Positions 13,901 to 27,327 of a stretch of DNA of 64,000 nucleotides are shown one piece after another. Position 1 is the stretch's first letter, and the number at the start of each line of letters is the position of its first letter. The notes below the pieces were generated by a model, which worked only from the letters and a program-made list of their open reading frames with translations, was not told where the DNA came from and searched no databases. Location of the stretch: positions 54,460,807 through 54,524,806 of the forward strand of contig NC_068995.1 of NCBI RefSeq assembly GCF_001194135.2, read 5' to 3'. Both the position numbers and the translations under genes were made by a program. This DNA is from Octopus bimaculoides. Taxonomy: Eukaryota.

Positions 13901-16155
13901 GATGGATAAAATATATGCCAGACATAAAGTATTAAAGGCGATTTGATAATCCAAAGCCATCAATGAGGTTACTCAGCATGACTTCATCCCAACGACTCAA
14001 AGAAGTAGAAGAATATAAAAATAAGACAAAACATTCTGTTTATGAGAATATAACAAAAGTTAGAAATATTTGGGTGTTTGGAATATAGAGCTGCAACCAC
14101 GAAAGTTTCTCATGTGTTATGAGCAGCATAATCTTTTTAAACCTTAAGCTAAATGTACGAAAACTGTTATTAAAATTTTCTAATTTCTCTATTCAGTTAA
14201 TTTTTGAACCATTAGCAAATTTTAAATTGGAAAATAAATGACTGAATTTATGCAGGGATTTTGTACGGTGCAGTTACTACATTTAATAACAAGCACACAC
14301 GTTTGAAATTAATAATTGACATTAAGCCTTTAAGTTTAAGGAACCTGATAGTGTATGAGGTAAGGTGGAGACACATGCAACAGCATAATTGATATTTAAT
14401 GAAATGTTTTGTTTCGATACGCCAAAATGTAATTCGTTTGATCAATTTTGCAATTAAATCTTTTTTAATTAGTCCGAGGACTTGCTAGCAATTAATTGAT
14501 GTAGAATAGAACAAGATGATTTATGTTATATATTCTCTTAGAAAATTAGATACATATTTCAGCATCCGATAAATACGATTTTGCTGCATCGATAGTGCTT
14601 TACACACAGACTGCAACAATATGTATATATATATGTATATATATGTTTGCATGTATGCGTGCATATATGTATATGATGCGTTTAAATAGGTTAATGTATA
14701 TGTAAATATACACATGTATCTATATATATGTGTGTGTTTGTGTGTGTATGAATGTGATCATATGTACATGTCGTATGCATATGTGTATGTGTTTCTGTTT
14801 ATTATAAGAGTCTGATGGAAGTGTAGAGTCCTTGAGCCTTGAAGAACCTTAGAGACTGGCCAGATCAATCCCGTTAATATTGTGATGAAAATATTGTAGG
14901 TAAATACATTCAAGAACTACAGATTTAAGTAATATATTTCATATAGCAAATGGTTTGGAAATGAGGAATTTGTCATACTAGTTTGAAGAGAGAAAGGACT
15001 GTTGAATGCACCGAGGATGACATAAGTTTGAGTGACAAGTGTACTGCGTGGTGGGTATCTAAATGCTTGAGTTATTACTATTTTTCTTTTTATTTACGTT
15101 CTAGCATAACACTGTGATATTAAAATTTATCAATGAAACAGTATATAAAAGTAGTTAATATTACAAAATATTTGGTCTATTTTACATTTGCTCATTAAGA
15201 CTTTATCGCAATATTTTCCATTCATTACTGTATGAAAATATAATGAAATGATGTTGCAAATAATTTCAATTTCAAATGCAGAAGTCAAAAACTAATAGAT
15301 AAGGATGTTCATCAAGTAATTAATAAAATAGTTTGAAAATAAATATCTCGGAATTTTTTATTTTCATTTTTACGAGATCTGTTGAAAAGATGTTCTCATA
15401 CCATATAATAAAGTTTTTTTTTTTTTTACAAGAAGGGTACGATGGAAAAATGATATATTTCCACTACATTTCAATTCATGATAATTATTAAATATAATTA
15501 AAAGCCACAAGTTGTTAGATATAATTTTTCATCACTATACACTTGATATATCTATTGATGTTGGCAATAAGATGTTAGCTTTCTAGTCTGCTCTGGATTA
15601 TTTACCTGTCACTCGAGTTCACTATGTGGTTTCAGTAAGATTACAGTGATATCCTAAATAATTCCAGTAAGTTTTAATGTTCAGGTCAAGTTAATCAGTG
15701 ATATATATTTGAAATTGAAATGAAAATTCACATGGATTCAAATGTTATTGAATGGGAGAGACTCCTTACTAAAGATAGAAAAGGTGGCATATGAGGGAAC
15801 TGTGGATAAAATATGTATACTTAATAGTCAGGAAACCGATTGGAGCAGATTGCCGGCACTGAACGGTCGAATTGCAGCTACCAATAAAGTGACAGCACGA
15901 TATGCGGTGAAATAGGATTATTTCTAGCCCCATTCTGATCTAGAAGCTCTGTTGTAAACATGTTTGTCATTGCTATCCTACATTACGTCATTGTTATTTA
16001 TTTATGAAAAAGATCGCCAATGAGTTCTTTTTTTAACCAGTTATGTAAGGAATACTCCGGAAGGTGCCCGCAAAATAAGAGGTATTACCTTAGTTCACTG
16101 GTAGTGAACAGCTGACACTTTAGTACATCTCCAGCGTTAGAAGCTGTGCAAAGGC

Positions 16156-16233
<78 letters not shown>
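16156..16233. repeat. (AAT)n microsatellite at the 5' junction of the R4/Dong-like fragment
   Basis: Perfect (aat)n run of about 26 units. Confidence 0.95.
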
Positions 16234-16234
<1 letters not shown>

Positions 16235-16541
16235 TGGAGACCTGCGAATTGAGATCGGCACGATGTGGCAGCTACGAGTCAAACATAAAGGTTATCCCTA
16301 TTGTCATCGGGGCATTGGGTTCAATACCACCCAATCAGAAAAAACAAACATCTGTAAACCTTTGAGATACCCTACAATCTAGATATATTGCAAAAGTCGG
16401 CATTACTTGTATCTGAACGCATATTGAGTAAAATAGTGTTTGTCAGAGTTCCTTGTTGCGACTTGACAAACAGTACAAACCCCCGGTATAAAGAATATCT
16501 TCAATCAACAACCTCACGACATTGTATACTGTGTGATGTCT
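16233..16541 (+). mobile_element. 5'-truncated R4/Dong-clade non-LTR retrotransposon: C-terminus of the restriction-like endonuclease ORF plus 3' UTR
   Basis: With frameshifts it reads YGDLRIEIGTMWQLR / SNIKVIPIVIGALGSIPPN / LEIPYNLDILQKSALLVSERILSKIV. This fits the KYxDLxxE..W..VIPxVIGALG..LQKxALLG..ILR signature at the end of RLE-type (R4/Dong/Rex6) ORFs. (TAA)n flanks both sides (16156-16233 and 16542-16565). Confidence 0.8.
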
Positions 16542-17395
16542 ATAATAATAATAATGATAATAATAGATTACGGAATCTAAATATATAATTTTCGTTATAC
16601 CTTCGAGCAATTGAGATCCAAGAGATGTATACGTTCAGAAAAATCAAGTGTGCGTCTCATTGTTAAATTTTAATTTTTAAACTGCCAACTTCTTTTTTTC
16701 TAATCATTTTAGAATATCTTTGATGATCTGCACATATCGCTTTCATACGAGAAGTATATAATATAATTATACGTCTTTTTTTGTTTCTATTTTTTTAATA
16801 TTATTATTTTACTTTTTATAATTTTTTTTTTTTTTTGGTAATCGCTGGCTGAGAAATATTTGCACTAAAACAAATAGTTTCTTGTTTACAAATAGAAAAT
16901 GCGAAGGATCTAATTCTATTATGCTATTGTGTATTGTATCAATCTCTTCAGTGAATTCTTTGAATATCTGTCATCGAATCAGCCGGAGGGACTATAGAAT
17001 ATTATGTTTTCGGTAAACTAACAAACTTTGTAAATCTATTGTATTCTCGCTGCACTGTAAAATCCCATAGAAATCAAATATTAGTTAATATTTTACGTAT
17101 ATTCTATTTGTTTCTTTCATCTCTTTTTCATTCATCTCTTTCCTCATTTTCTTACACTTATTAGAATACTGTCACCATCAACATCATCATCTGCATTATT
17201 AACATAATCATTACCGCCGACACTCTCACACGCATAATCATCGTCCTCATCATCATTACCATCACCACTTTCATCCACATCATCATGATCATCATACACT
17301 CTTTGTTAAGATATTAAGCAAAACAAATGCAAAGGGAGTGACAAAACAATATCGTTAATTTAATAAAATGTGTCTTCTTCCTGATTTCTGCGCAG

Positions 17396-17631
17396 CATTG
17401 TAATCCACTTTAAGCTTTCATTTCCTGCTTAATGTTGCAAATCGATGCTTTGGTATTACTAGGAAAATTATTTCCTATTCTTGACCGTAATCTACTGCAA
17501 ATGTGGATAAGACAAGACTTTGGACCATACTAGCAGCTATGCGCCGAATAGCTCTACTTAGAAGACTGAAAACATTTTGTTGGCGCTGATGGTTCTATTG
17601 TTGCCTGATCTTCTGCTTCCAATTTTTTCTG
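17396..17631 (+). other. Candidate first coding exon of an unidentified host gene (5' UTR plus hydrophobic N-terminus)
   Basis: Pyrimidine-rich acceptor tgtcttcttcctgatttctgcgcAG, strong donor tctg|GTAAGA. ATG at 17589 gives MVLLLPDLLLPIFS(G) ending in phase 1. All three frames have stops upstream, so it could only be an initial coding exon. No downstream exon identified. Confidence 0.25.
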
Positions 17632-17869
17632 GTAAGAAAGCATGTACAAGGCACATACTAGGTCAACAGGCGCTTATTTTCAGTGGCGTAGCAAATAAAC
17701 ACTTTGAGCATGTGATTTAATGTCTGTTGTCTTTCTTCCAAATTCGATGAGCAAAAATTCCAAGCTTATTCATTTCTATTCACACTCCTTTATGGTTTGT
17801 ATGTTTGATAAAATTCTACTCGATCGTTTGTGTTTCTGGTTTACATGAGATTGCAAGATGTTTGAAATT

Positions 17870-18001
17870 GTCAAGGAGATATTTGAAGGTCTTTTCAGGA
17901 ACGGAGAGAGAGAGAGAGAGAGAGAGAGAGGGGGAGCATGCGCCGGGTTCAGGAGCCATCTTGAGGATGTGGTTGTAACTGATGGAGGAGACTTTGAGTA
18001 A
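17870..18001 (+). mobile_element. Tc1/mariner (maT/DD37D-like) transposase C-terminal remnant with an internal (GA)n expansion
   Basis: In-frame translation VKEIFEGLFRN-GERERERERGG-ACAGFRSHLEDVVVTDGGDFE* resembles the IKEVFxxL..ACxRFRSRLEAVVEAxGxxFE* terminus of Tc1/mariner transposases. Confidence 0.65.
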
Positions 18002-18573
18002 AATATTATCTTTCACTTATTATCTACTTCACATTTTGGACTTTTTAAAATACCTTTATCTGAGATGGTTTTTTTTTATCTGAATTCGCTCAACTATAGC
18101 CCATAAAAGTGTATATGAATTCAATGAATTTTTGACATGAGCAAGTTGATATTAACAATTAATAATTGGCAACGTTAATCTTGTTTGAAGACGTTAAGAA
18201 AATAAACACAATCTAAAGAATATATCAGTATTTAGAAGTCTTTTATATGTAAAGTAAGAAATTATATACGCTGTTACGAAGAGGGTAACTTGTGCATTTC
18301 TGTGAGTTTGTTTAGGGAAGAAGAACATATGAATAGAATTTTAAGAACTTTGGAATTGCGAGATTTGTTTGTTCATAAATCATTAATTGTTCGGACGAGA
18401 TGCTCAAACTTATTCAAATGTACTTTCGGTTTACTGTTCTTGCTTTATTATGATATTTTCGGTTAGGAATTGATCTTTTTAATTTTATTGTTAGTATACT
18501 ATTATACTGGGTCAGCTTACTTTCAAACATAAACTCATTTCTTTACAGAATAATTCTTGCATAAAGAAGAGGT

Positions 18574-18748
<175 letters not shown>

Positions 18749-19972
18749 AAATATGTTGAAAATTCATATAAACTATTCCGTTTTCTGATATAAAAATTTC
18801 AAAGAAGGTCATAGGTGAAAGACATATAGTAGTAACCTTCATTTCGAAATATATGGACGGAATGCATAGGAAATAACACAATCATGATATGAGTGAGAGT
18901 TGTTGAATTCATTTAACAATAACAAACTGAAAATATCTCCACAAAAGGCATTACTCCCTTTTGCAGTCAATTCAGCTTCTTTAAGTTACTGAAGTCGAAT
19001 TCACAATTAATATTGACCCAGAGTTGACATTCGGTTTGGGCCTCAATAAAACTGATACCAGATCGATGTTTAACATTGATTCGGTATATGTAATTAGAAT
19101 ATAAAATCATGTTTTTCCATCAAAAATAGTTCAGTTATATGTGAAGTAAATAAACTTTATGCAGTAGCTGCTCTCCTATTAAATGCATCTATTTTAGTTA
19201 TATTTTGTGTAATTATTGATTTTGGGAGAAGGCGTTTTTACGATTAAATAGCAACTGAAATGTAATAAATGCAGTTTCTGGATTTTTTTACTAGGATTAT
19301 TGTAGATAAAATATCAATGTAAATAGAATTGAATATAGTGGTGAGAGGAAAAATAAAGCGACTTGCTTAATATGAAACTTAATGTATGTTAGATATGGAG
19401 ATATAAAGGTGTTGCGTGATTGCCTACATTATAAAATATAGCAGCATGATGAAATACAGAAAGGAATTAGATGAAATGAAAATATGGTGTAAAAATGAAG
19501 TTTCGACAATGATAAAGAGAACACTGGTGTATCAATCCATATAACATTGAGATAAAACATAGACTAGATAGAATTGTGAACGAAAACTGAAGAATTAAAA
19601 ACATCCTTATAGCAATATACACCATGACAGCTGATAATGTATGTCTATAAAACGGAGAAATTGTCCAATTCAAAATATTTTGTAATAGAGACGATCAGAA
19701 TATTGAAATTAGAAGTAATTGAAATCTGTCATTGGAATAATTAGAGATGATATAGGGGAGCGTAAACCAAAAGGCGTATATGTCTATAATACATGTAAAG
19801 AACACAGTTATGTGAAGCATACTTATGACGTGAAGTACATCCCGTAGTATACCAAATGCAAACGGTTTGGAAAGCGACTCGCCACACGAAAGGCATTCAG
19901 AACGCCGCTGTGCTGCGCCGTAAAATGCAGATGATAAAGGACTAATCCTTAGCAACTACTACTACTTCTAGC

Positions 19973-20131
19973 AAAACCCTCTCTGATTTCCCAATCCAAA
20001 CAGATCAGGTGCTAAAGTATAACAGACCGAAACTAGTGGTGCTGAATGAGATGCACCACATATATTATAGTGTTGATGTTGAATGCCTCTTTGACCCACG
20101 AATAATAAAGAAGGAATGCGAAAAGATAGAT
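19973..20131 (+). mobile_element. R4/Dong-clade LINE fragment: core of the restriction-like endonuclease domain
   Basis: Uninterrupted frame KTLSDFPIQTDQVLKYNRPKLVVLNEMHHIYYSVDVECLFDPRIIKKECEKID matches the ILWDFxIQTD..HNRPDIVV..IIDVAxP.D..KExEKIxKY motif. The catalytic PD reads PK here, so this copy is presumably dead. Flanked by (CTA)n and (CAA)n. Confidence 0.85.
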
Positions 20132-20201
20132 GCCGATGAGCACTACTACTAATACTACAACAACAACAACAACAACAACAACTACTACTACTACTACTAC
20201 T

Positions 20202-20335
20202 AAAATTTTGGGGTAAGTCGATTACACCGACCCTAGAGCATAAACGATCGAACCCGAAAGGAGCAAAGACTACGGTCGAATTTGAACTCTGACCGAAAAA
20301 AAACGGGCGAAATGGTGCTAAGCAGTTTGCCCAGC

Positions 20336-20336
<1 letters not shown>
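20202..20336 (-). mobile_element. SINE family B, internally deleted copy between (CTA)n and (TAA)n
   Basis: aaattttggggtaagtcgattacaccgaccc...ggtcgaatttgaactctga...gggcgaaatggtgctaagcagtttgcccagcg, then (TAA)n at 20337-20400. Confidence 0.7.
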
Positions 20337-20395
<59 letters not shown>

Positions 20396-23300
20396 GTAAT
20401 GTCGAATGACTAAAAAGATCTCAATCGCCAAGAAGCACGATATGTTGTTAGAAAACAGAATATAATATGATTTCATTGACAGTGGAGAGAAAAATCAGAA
20501 GTATATGAATACTAAATAATACAAAAAATAAGAAAAAAATGCGATCGATGAAAGGTATTGGAAAGTTATGTTTGCTTGTTTTTTTTTTTTTAATCTATGG
20601 TGGTACGTTGTATAGGAATATTATTATCATCCTGTTAGAATTTAAACAAAATTTTACTACTGTTTTTATTTTTGTCATGATTTTTACAGACTGCTGAAAG
20701 TTTCAAATATCGAAAACATTGAAACAAACGACAACGTATAACATATTCCAATTAGTAAATAAGAATCATTATTTTCTTATGTAAATATTTGTTTATTCTA
20801 GATGATGTTGGATATCATAAAGTTATGTTTTGAAATTGGAGTTGTTATATGATTTGCAGTCATATGTATATTTAGCTTGAAGGCTGTATTCAAAAGAATA
20901 ACAAATCAACAAAATGGAATATGTTTCCATTGACATACATAGGCAAATATAAAGAGCCTGATCGAGAAAAAAATGTTAAAACGTGTTTATATTTAGATTA
21001 AAAATGAAATTTATTGTTATTTTGCATATCTTTAATGCCATGGATGACAGCTTTCCGTTTATCTCTCATTTGAAAACTGTAGAAAACACTCCAATCAATT
21101 TTGGGTTCTATAGATAACACATTTCTTTTCTCAGTAGAATGTAAATGGTTTTATATGTTGCACGGAGTTTCCAATGACGCATCTATGTTTACTGACACTT
21201 ACTTCCTTTCACGTGCTACATTTTATTTTCATTATATATTCTTCTTTTCGTGGGCATTTCATATATATTTCCTTTTTTAAATTACCTTGCAATTTCCCAT
21301 GCAATAAATATTCAGAAATATTTCGATTAAGTTTCCAGGAAAAGATAAAGATATGCATATTCTAGAACACGAATGATAAATCTGTCAAAACTTAACATTA
21401 TAAAATAAAATAGCCTTATATTTAACTATTTAGATTGTAGCACCTCCAATGTAAAATATTAAAGGCCAATTTATATATTTGCCTTCCTGCTATAAAATTA
21501 TTTCTTTTGTATTCAATATATTGTTTTAAATGTGTCAGCTCACAGCCTTTTCAATTACAGTATATTGGAATAAATAAACATTACTTAAGATCATATTCTT
21601 CCAGAAGAAGCATGAAGACCATTGTTTTTCTCTTCTATTTTTTTCAGATAGTGTATGAACAGAATGTATATCTGCTGCCACCTATTATTATCATGATTAT
21701 GTACCGTGATCAATTGCATGCAAGGTGTGTAATTGGAATAAGATAAGTGATTTGAATCAGTTTCGGATAATCTGTCCGCCGATCTTATATCTCCTTCACT
21801 CATACAGTAAATACATGTATTATTGATCATTGAAGATTAAATGTAACTTAAATTTCACCTGGATCTTCAATTTAGGATTATGCAATGCCTTAAAATAGCT
21901 AGCCTCTTCTACTTCTGTGAAGTTTAATGGTCTTTTTTCTATATTCTAAATGGCGCTGAAATTATATATACATTTCCATCGTAAACCATTTTCCTCAAAT
22001 GGTTTTTTAATTATAGCGTATACTGCCTCTTTGACGAATTTCATATAGGTAGTAAACAATTACCTGATCTCCGATATAATTGAATATTCTATTGTTTTAT
22101 CACCTGCGAATTAATGTTTCTGACCACAAATTACTAAGGGATACTATATACCATAACATCACAATCGGGAGAGGTGGAGAGTATAATTAGCATTTTCTAT
22201 TATTAAAATGGTTTCCATACAATCGAGCAGACAAATAAAAGGAAAATACAAAAAATAGTATAATGAAACACAAAAGTAAATTAGAAGATTGCAATTATTA
22301 TTTTTAAGTGATAAATTGTTGATTTTGTATAGAATTCAGAACAAACAATGTATGTTACATTTCGTATAGGAATATGTCCATGCAACTTACAGTTCTGGCC
22401 CCGAATGTATATTTTTATCGCTTGAAAATGAAAAGATTAGAATATCTCACTATAACAAAAGTTAAAACATAAAATTGACTTGTAAACCATTACTTGGTAG
22501 TATTTTAAGGTTTCAAAATGAAATACTCTGTCCTAGCTGACATTTATTATATATTCTCTATTGGCATTATGGTTTCGAACAATACTTAATATACACGGTT
22601 CTCATTAATTATGAATAATAAGATAAACACAGATGGAAGCGAAGCAACTTGGGCAATTTTACATCTAATTTGAAAAAGCGTGTACATGAGTTTAAACATA
22701 GAACCAAGTACGTAAATCCGTTTTCCGTGGTATCTAAGCGCGTGGTATGACTGAGGAAATAATAGAGAATTTATTATATTTAATATATTTCTCCTTAATT
22801 AATGCTATTATACATACTACTTATCGCATAATGTCAGCAATATGTGGAAGTGGCATTTTCATGTTCTCGGTGAGGTGTACGCCAAAGAAAATCTTACCAT
22901 CGCGAAAACTGAATTCAGTAAAGTTGAATGCATTGTACAAGATACGTGGTAGACACGATTAAAACGCTTCGTGTACATAAACTGATATATACTGGGCAGC
23001 AGGTACGGCTAAACAACAATAAGAACATTTATACCGATATAATACAAAAGTAAATTGTGATGCTGAGATCATCAACGGGTGGCCTGTATTGTGTAACATA
23101 AATGTAGATAAATAATATGCTATTGTCGGTAAAGAGAGGCTCGTAACTGGAGCCATGGATGTATAAAGTTACATCATAAAATTGGATTCCTATGCGAAGC
23201 TACAAAAATCGTTTCAATCATGTTATGTTAGTGAAGTGAATATATAAAAGGAAAGAAGCATAGAATATAGAATAAATATTGGTACACCAAGTGACATATT

Positions 23301-23823
23301 AAAGGAATTGGATATAAAAATGGAGTTAGTTTTGATTAGCAACATTGATAAAATTTGACAGCTGCCATGCATTTCAAATAGCAAGAAAGTGTATTGTATT
23401 CCATTTTTAGTTGGTTCACTTCTAAGACAGATTCGGAAAAACTCACTTTTAAACAATCAATGAGAAACGCTGCTTCCCCAACTCTGAACGATGGAAAATA
23501 GTAAGAATGAAAGCTTTTGAGTAAAAATCAAAAATCAAACGGAAACGAACTGATTTTCTTGACTGGAACAGCAAATGAGTTTAAGTGTCACATGATTGAA
23601 CAACATAAGATAATTACTATTATGCAGTCAGTTCCACCCCACCCCCACCTAAAAAGAAAGGGTTGTGATTAAACGATTTGAAAATGCCTAGAATTGTTCG
23701 TCTTAATGTACATCATATATTTCATAAAATGTCCCGTATATATCAGGCGTAATATGTTGAATACACGGGCACGCACACACAAATACACACACATATAGAT
23801 GTATATGAGTGTGTGTGTGTGTA

Positions 23824-23858
<35 letters not shown>

Positions 23859-23964
23859 GTTTGAGGATGTACCGATGTATGCTTTCTAATAAAGGGACTA
23901 TGCCTAGCCTTGAATATTTAAGGGAACGTGCTCTGTCAAGTGTGTTCACCATAGTATTTGCATT

Positions 23965-24015
23965 TCATTCAGGCGAGATGAAATGTAAAAGTGGAGACGG
24001 CGAAATTTGAACTGA
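23965..24015 (-). mobile_element. Short degenerate SINE family B remnant
   Basis: gagatgaaatgtaaaagtggagacggcgaaatttgaactgaga resembles ggatgaaaggcaaagtcgacctcggcggaatttgaactcaga in other copies. Confidence 0.4.
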
Positions 24016-25309
24016 GAAGAAAGAAATCTAAGAGAAATTACATGCCAAAATGTGAAAAAGCACGATGCCATTGCACAAGCATGAATTTAGTATGTGCGTA
24101 GTTTTATTCTTTGTAGTAATAATAGTCTGCAATAAGCTGTCTATCCCAGTGAGTATATATATATAGTTAATGTTTATCAGTATAAACAACAGTGTAGGGA
24201 ATTACGTTGTGGTTGACGGCGGGGAAATGTAATTATTTCACTTCATCCTCTTCTTTCCATATCGAATATTCACAATCTTAAAAATTACTTACTTTTTATA
24301 TTCAAAGAAATTGCATTTATTCTGAATGCATTATAATACCAGTATATATATATATATATATATATATATATNNNNNNNNNNNNNNNNNNNNNNNNNNNNN
24401 NNNNNNNNNNNNNNNNNNNNNNNNNNNNNNNNNNNNNNNNNNNNNNNNNNNNNNNNNNNNNNNNNNNNNNNNNNNNNNNNNNNNNNNNNNNNNNNNNNNN
24501 NAGAGAGAGAGAGAGAGAGAGGCACACACACACACATACGCCTATGTGCATATATATATGTGTGTGCGTGTGTGTGTGCGTGTGTATTTGTGTGTGTGTG
24601 TATGCGCGCGTGTGTGTGTGTTTATGTTTGTATTTGTGTATTTTGATTACACATTTTCGAAAAAACATTTATTCCGAAAATTCTCTGCTACATGTGCTTC
24701 AGAAGGGGTTGGTTATCTAATGGTACGATTAATTCATGGAATATATTTCGAAACCACGCGTATAGATCTTAGAATATGTGAAATAAATATTTATAAATGA
24801 GAAATTTAACCCCAAACGGAAGCTGAAGAAATTACATCAGTTTGGTTAATACTGAAAATGTTTCTAACTATTTAATTCAGTTGATAGAGAGCTTTGAAAC
24901 GCAAGTGAGGTTTGGTGGCATGAAGCCTAAAAAATCAGTCTGTTTCTGAATTTTCAGACAGCCTACAAGGAATAGAAAAGAAAGAGAGAGAATTATTGTA
25001 ACAATTATCAAAACAAAAAATTATAGAATTACAAGCTCTCAAAATAATGTTAAATAACAGACACACTGCAGATTTATGGCATCAGAAATTCTCCAGCCTC
25101 CACTGGCTAGTATTTCTCCATTCTACGCTGGCGCGTATAAACTGGCTTACATGCTGGAAGATTTTCAACTTTTCGTAAAGCTGTGCTAGATTATTTTGCT
25201 ATAACAGTGCAGATCAATATATCTTTTAAAACATGACTGTTTATTTTACGCTTACAATATACATACAGATTAGTCTAGATAATTATTGAATGACTATAGT
25301 ATTCCATAA

Positions 25310-25516
25310 GGCAGAAAGCTACAGAATTGTTAGGAAGCCGGGCTGAATGTTTAGCAGCATTTCGTCCAATTCACTCCTGCTTTCAAATTACAATGACGTC
25401 AACTTTGCCCTTCTAACTTTCGGGGTAGATAAAATAAGTACCACTTGAGCACTAGAGTCGAAGTAATCCAGTTACCCATTCTACAAAATTGCTGGCCTCT
25501 GCAATAATTTGAAACC
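25310..25516 (+). mobile_element. SINE family B, near full length
   Basis: gtcaactttgcccttctaactttcggggtagataaaataagtaccacttgagcactagagtcgaagtaatcc...aaaattgctggcctctgcaataatttgaaacc. The central block resembles the Deu/Nin-type SINE domain (recognised from memory). Confidence 0.8.
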
Positions 25517-25790
25517 AATATTTAGTATTCAATAATGGGTTTTAAAGAGTCAAGTACAAGAACACCACACCCATTTATATTTGAGGAGCATCGTTTCTGT
25601 TGTACCATCATAATGCATACTAACCACAATTCAATATCGTAATGTATTTGGAATTTGTATAAGACGTTAAGTTAGAGAAATTAGAGTTAAGTGAACATTC
25701 GGGGCTCTTCAAATCTGTCGTCAAAGTTATACTTCCTTGTTTTTAACTAAATCATTCAACATATAATCTAAGAAAATATTTCACATGGAA

Positions 25791-25953
25791 ATAGTGTTAA
25801 GAGTTTAATATGTTAAGAAAATATTGGAAAATACTATTAACAGGATCACATTAATATAGAGTATGATTCTATATCAATTATACTCTATATTAATTTGATC
25901 CTGTTAATAGTATTTTCCAATATTTTTTTAGCATATCAAGCTCTTAATACTAT
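25791..25953. repeat. 163-bp near-perfect palindrome (77-bp arms, 9-nt loop); hairpin or MITE-like element
   Basis: 25791-25867 aligns without gaps to the reverse complement of 25877-25953 with 7 mismatches. Confidence 0.9.
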
Positions 25954-27132
25954 CAGGATGATTCTAGCGATATAATCCATTAATGTATTTTTAATGTGTT
26001 ACACTCTAGATAATTAATATATGAGTGTTTCGAGCGTTTTAATTAAAATAAGAATAGAAGTAGAATTACTGTTCAAGTGGGTAATATACCATAAAAAATT
26101 ATGCGTAGATTTAATTCATTTTAATGTTCTAATATCCACGCAAAAGATACGTAATACCGAGTAATAAAGCCATTATTTGTTTAATAACTAGATAGATTTC
26201 GCTCTTGCAAACGATCGAGTGATTACATTAACTGCACGTTAATGTATTGTGTATGTTGACATGTTCGAAGTCATTGCGTAAACAACTAATAACAACATTT
26301 TCCTCTAATTACTGAAATCTATGTTCCACGAAAAATGATTAGGTTTTTGGATTTGTTTGTAATCCATTTCAGCTAGTAACGTAAATTGAAATTTAAAAGC
26401 AATTACATTTATTATAAGATCGGAGTTTTGTTTTATACTCATTACGCCGAAGGATCATTAGAATTATGTTTATGATGGCGTCTAAATGAAAATTTCTAAT
26501 CACCCCATGCTGCTATACTAAAGAGTTACATATGACACTTCTATGAACTTCAACACCCAATCAATATGTCTAATCATTGCTAATTTCTCAGTCAAATAAT
26601 TCACTAAAATTATGCACAAAATCAGTGAATGAATATCTGAGGAATTAACTCTAATTATATCTGATATAATTGCTGTCTGGGTTTATAAATTATGTCTACA
26701 TTGGCGCATTGAAAACATGCTTTGATCTAAGTGACCTCAGGGCATACTCAATGCTTTTAAGTAATTATATATTTGAACTGAGATGCATTTGTACACGAAA
26801 TACTTAAAGGAAATCTCTAAGTGTATTTTGGTATAGTAATACGATACAATAATATCATCGCCACAGTACAACTTGCAAGCTAAATATCATCATCATCATC
26901 ATCATCATTTATTCATAGAATTTCCAAATGTGATCGTGGAGAATTATTGAAAATATAAATATGTTGATGTATACTTTGTGCATTTTTTGAAACAGTTACA
27001 CTGAATGCAAAATGTAGTAAAAAAATTAAAAAAATTAACGTAAAATGCCACATTCATTGCTGGCATTTAAAGTCAATGTGCGAGAGCCTATTCCACATTT
27101 GTAGATTTGTGTGAATGTGGCTGTTCGCGCAT

Positions 27133-27135
27133 CTG

Positions 27136-27190
<55 letters not shown>

Positions 27191-27223
27191 GTCTGTCTGT
27201 CCGTCTGTCTGTCTGTCTGTCTG
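27133..27223. repeat. Compound (ATCT)n-(GTCT)n microsatellite
   Basis: Direct reading. Confidence 0.9.
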
Positions 27224-27287
27224 TGTGTATGCTTATTTATAACCGAACGTCACGCAGCCTTGTCCACAGTAGGCACAGTAAGATTTT

Positions 27288-27327
<40 letters not shown>

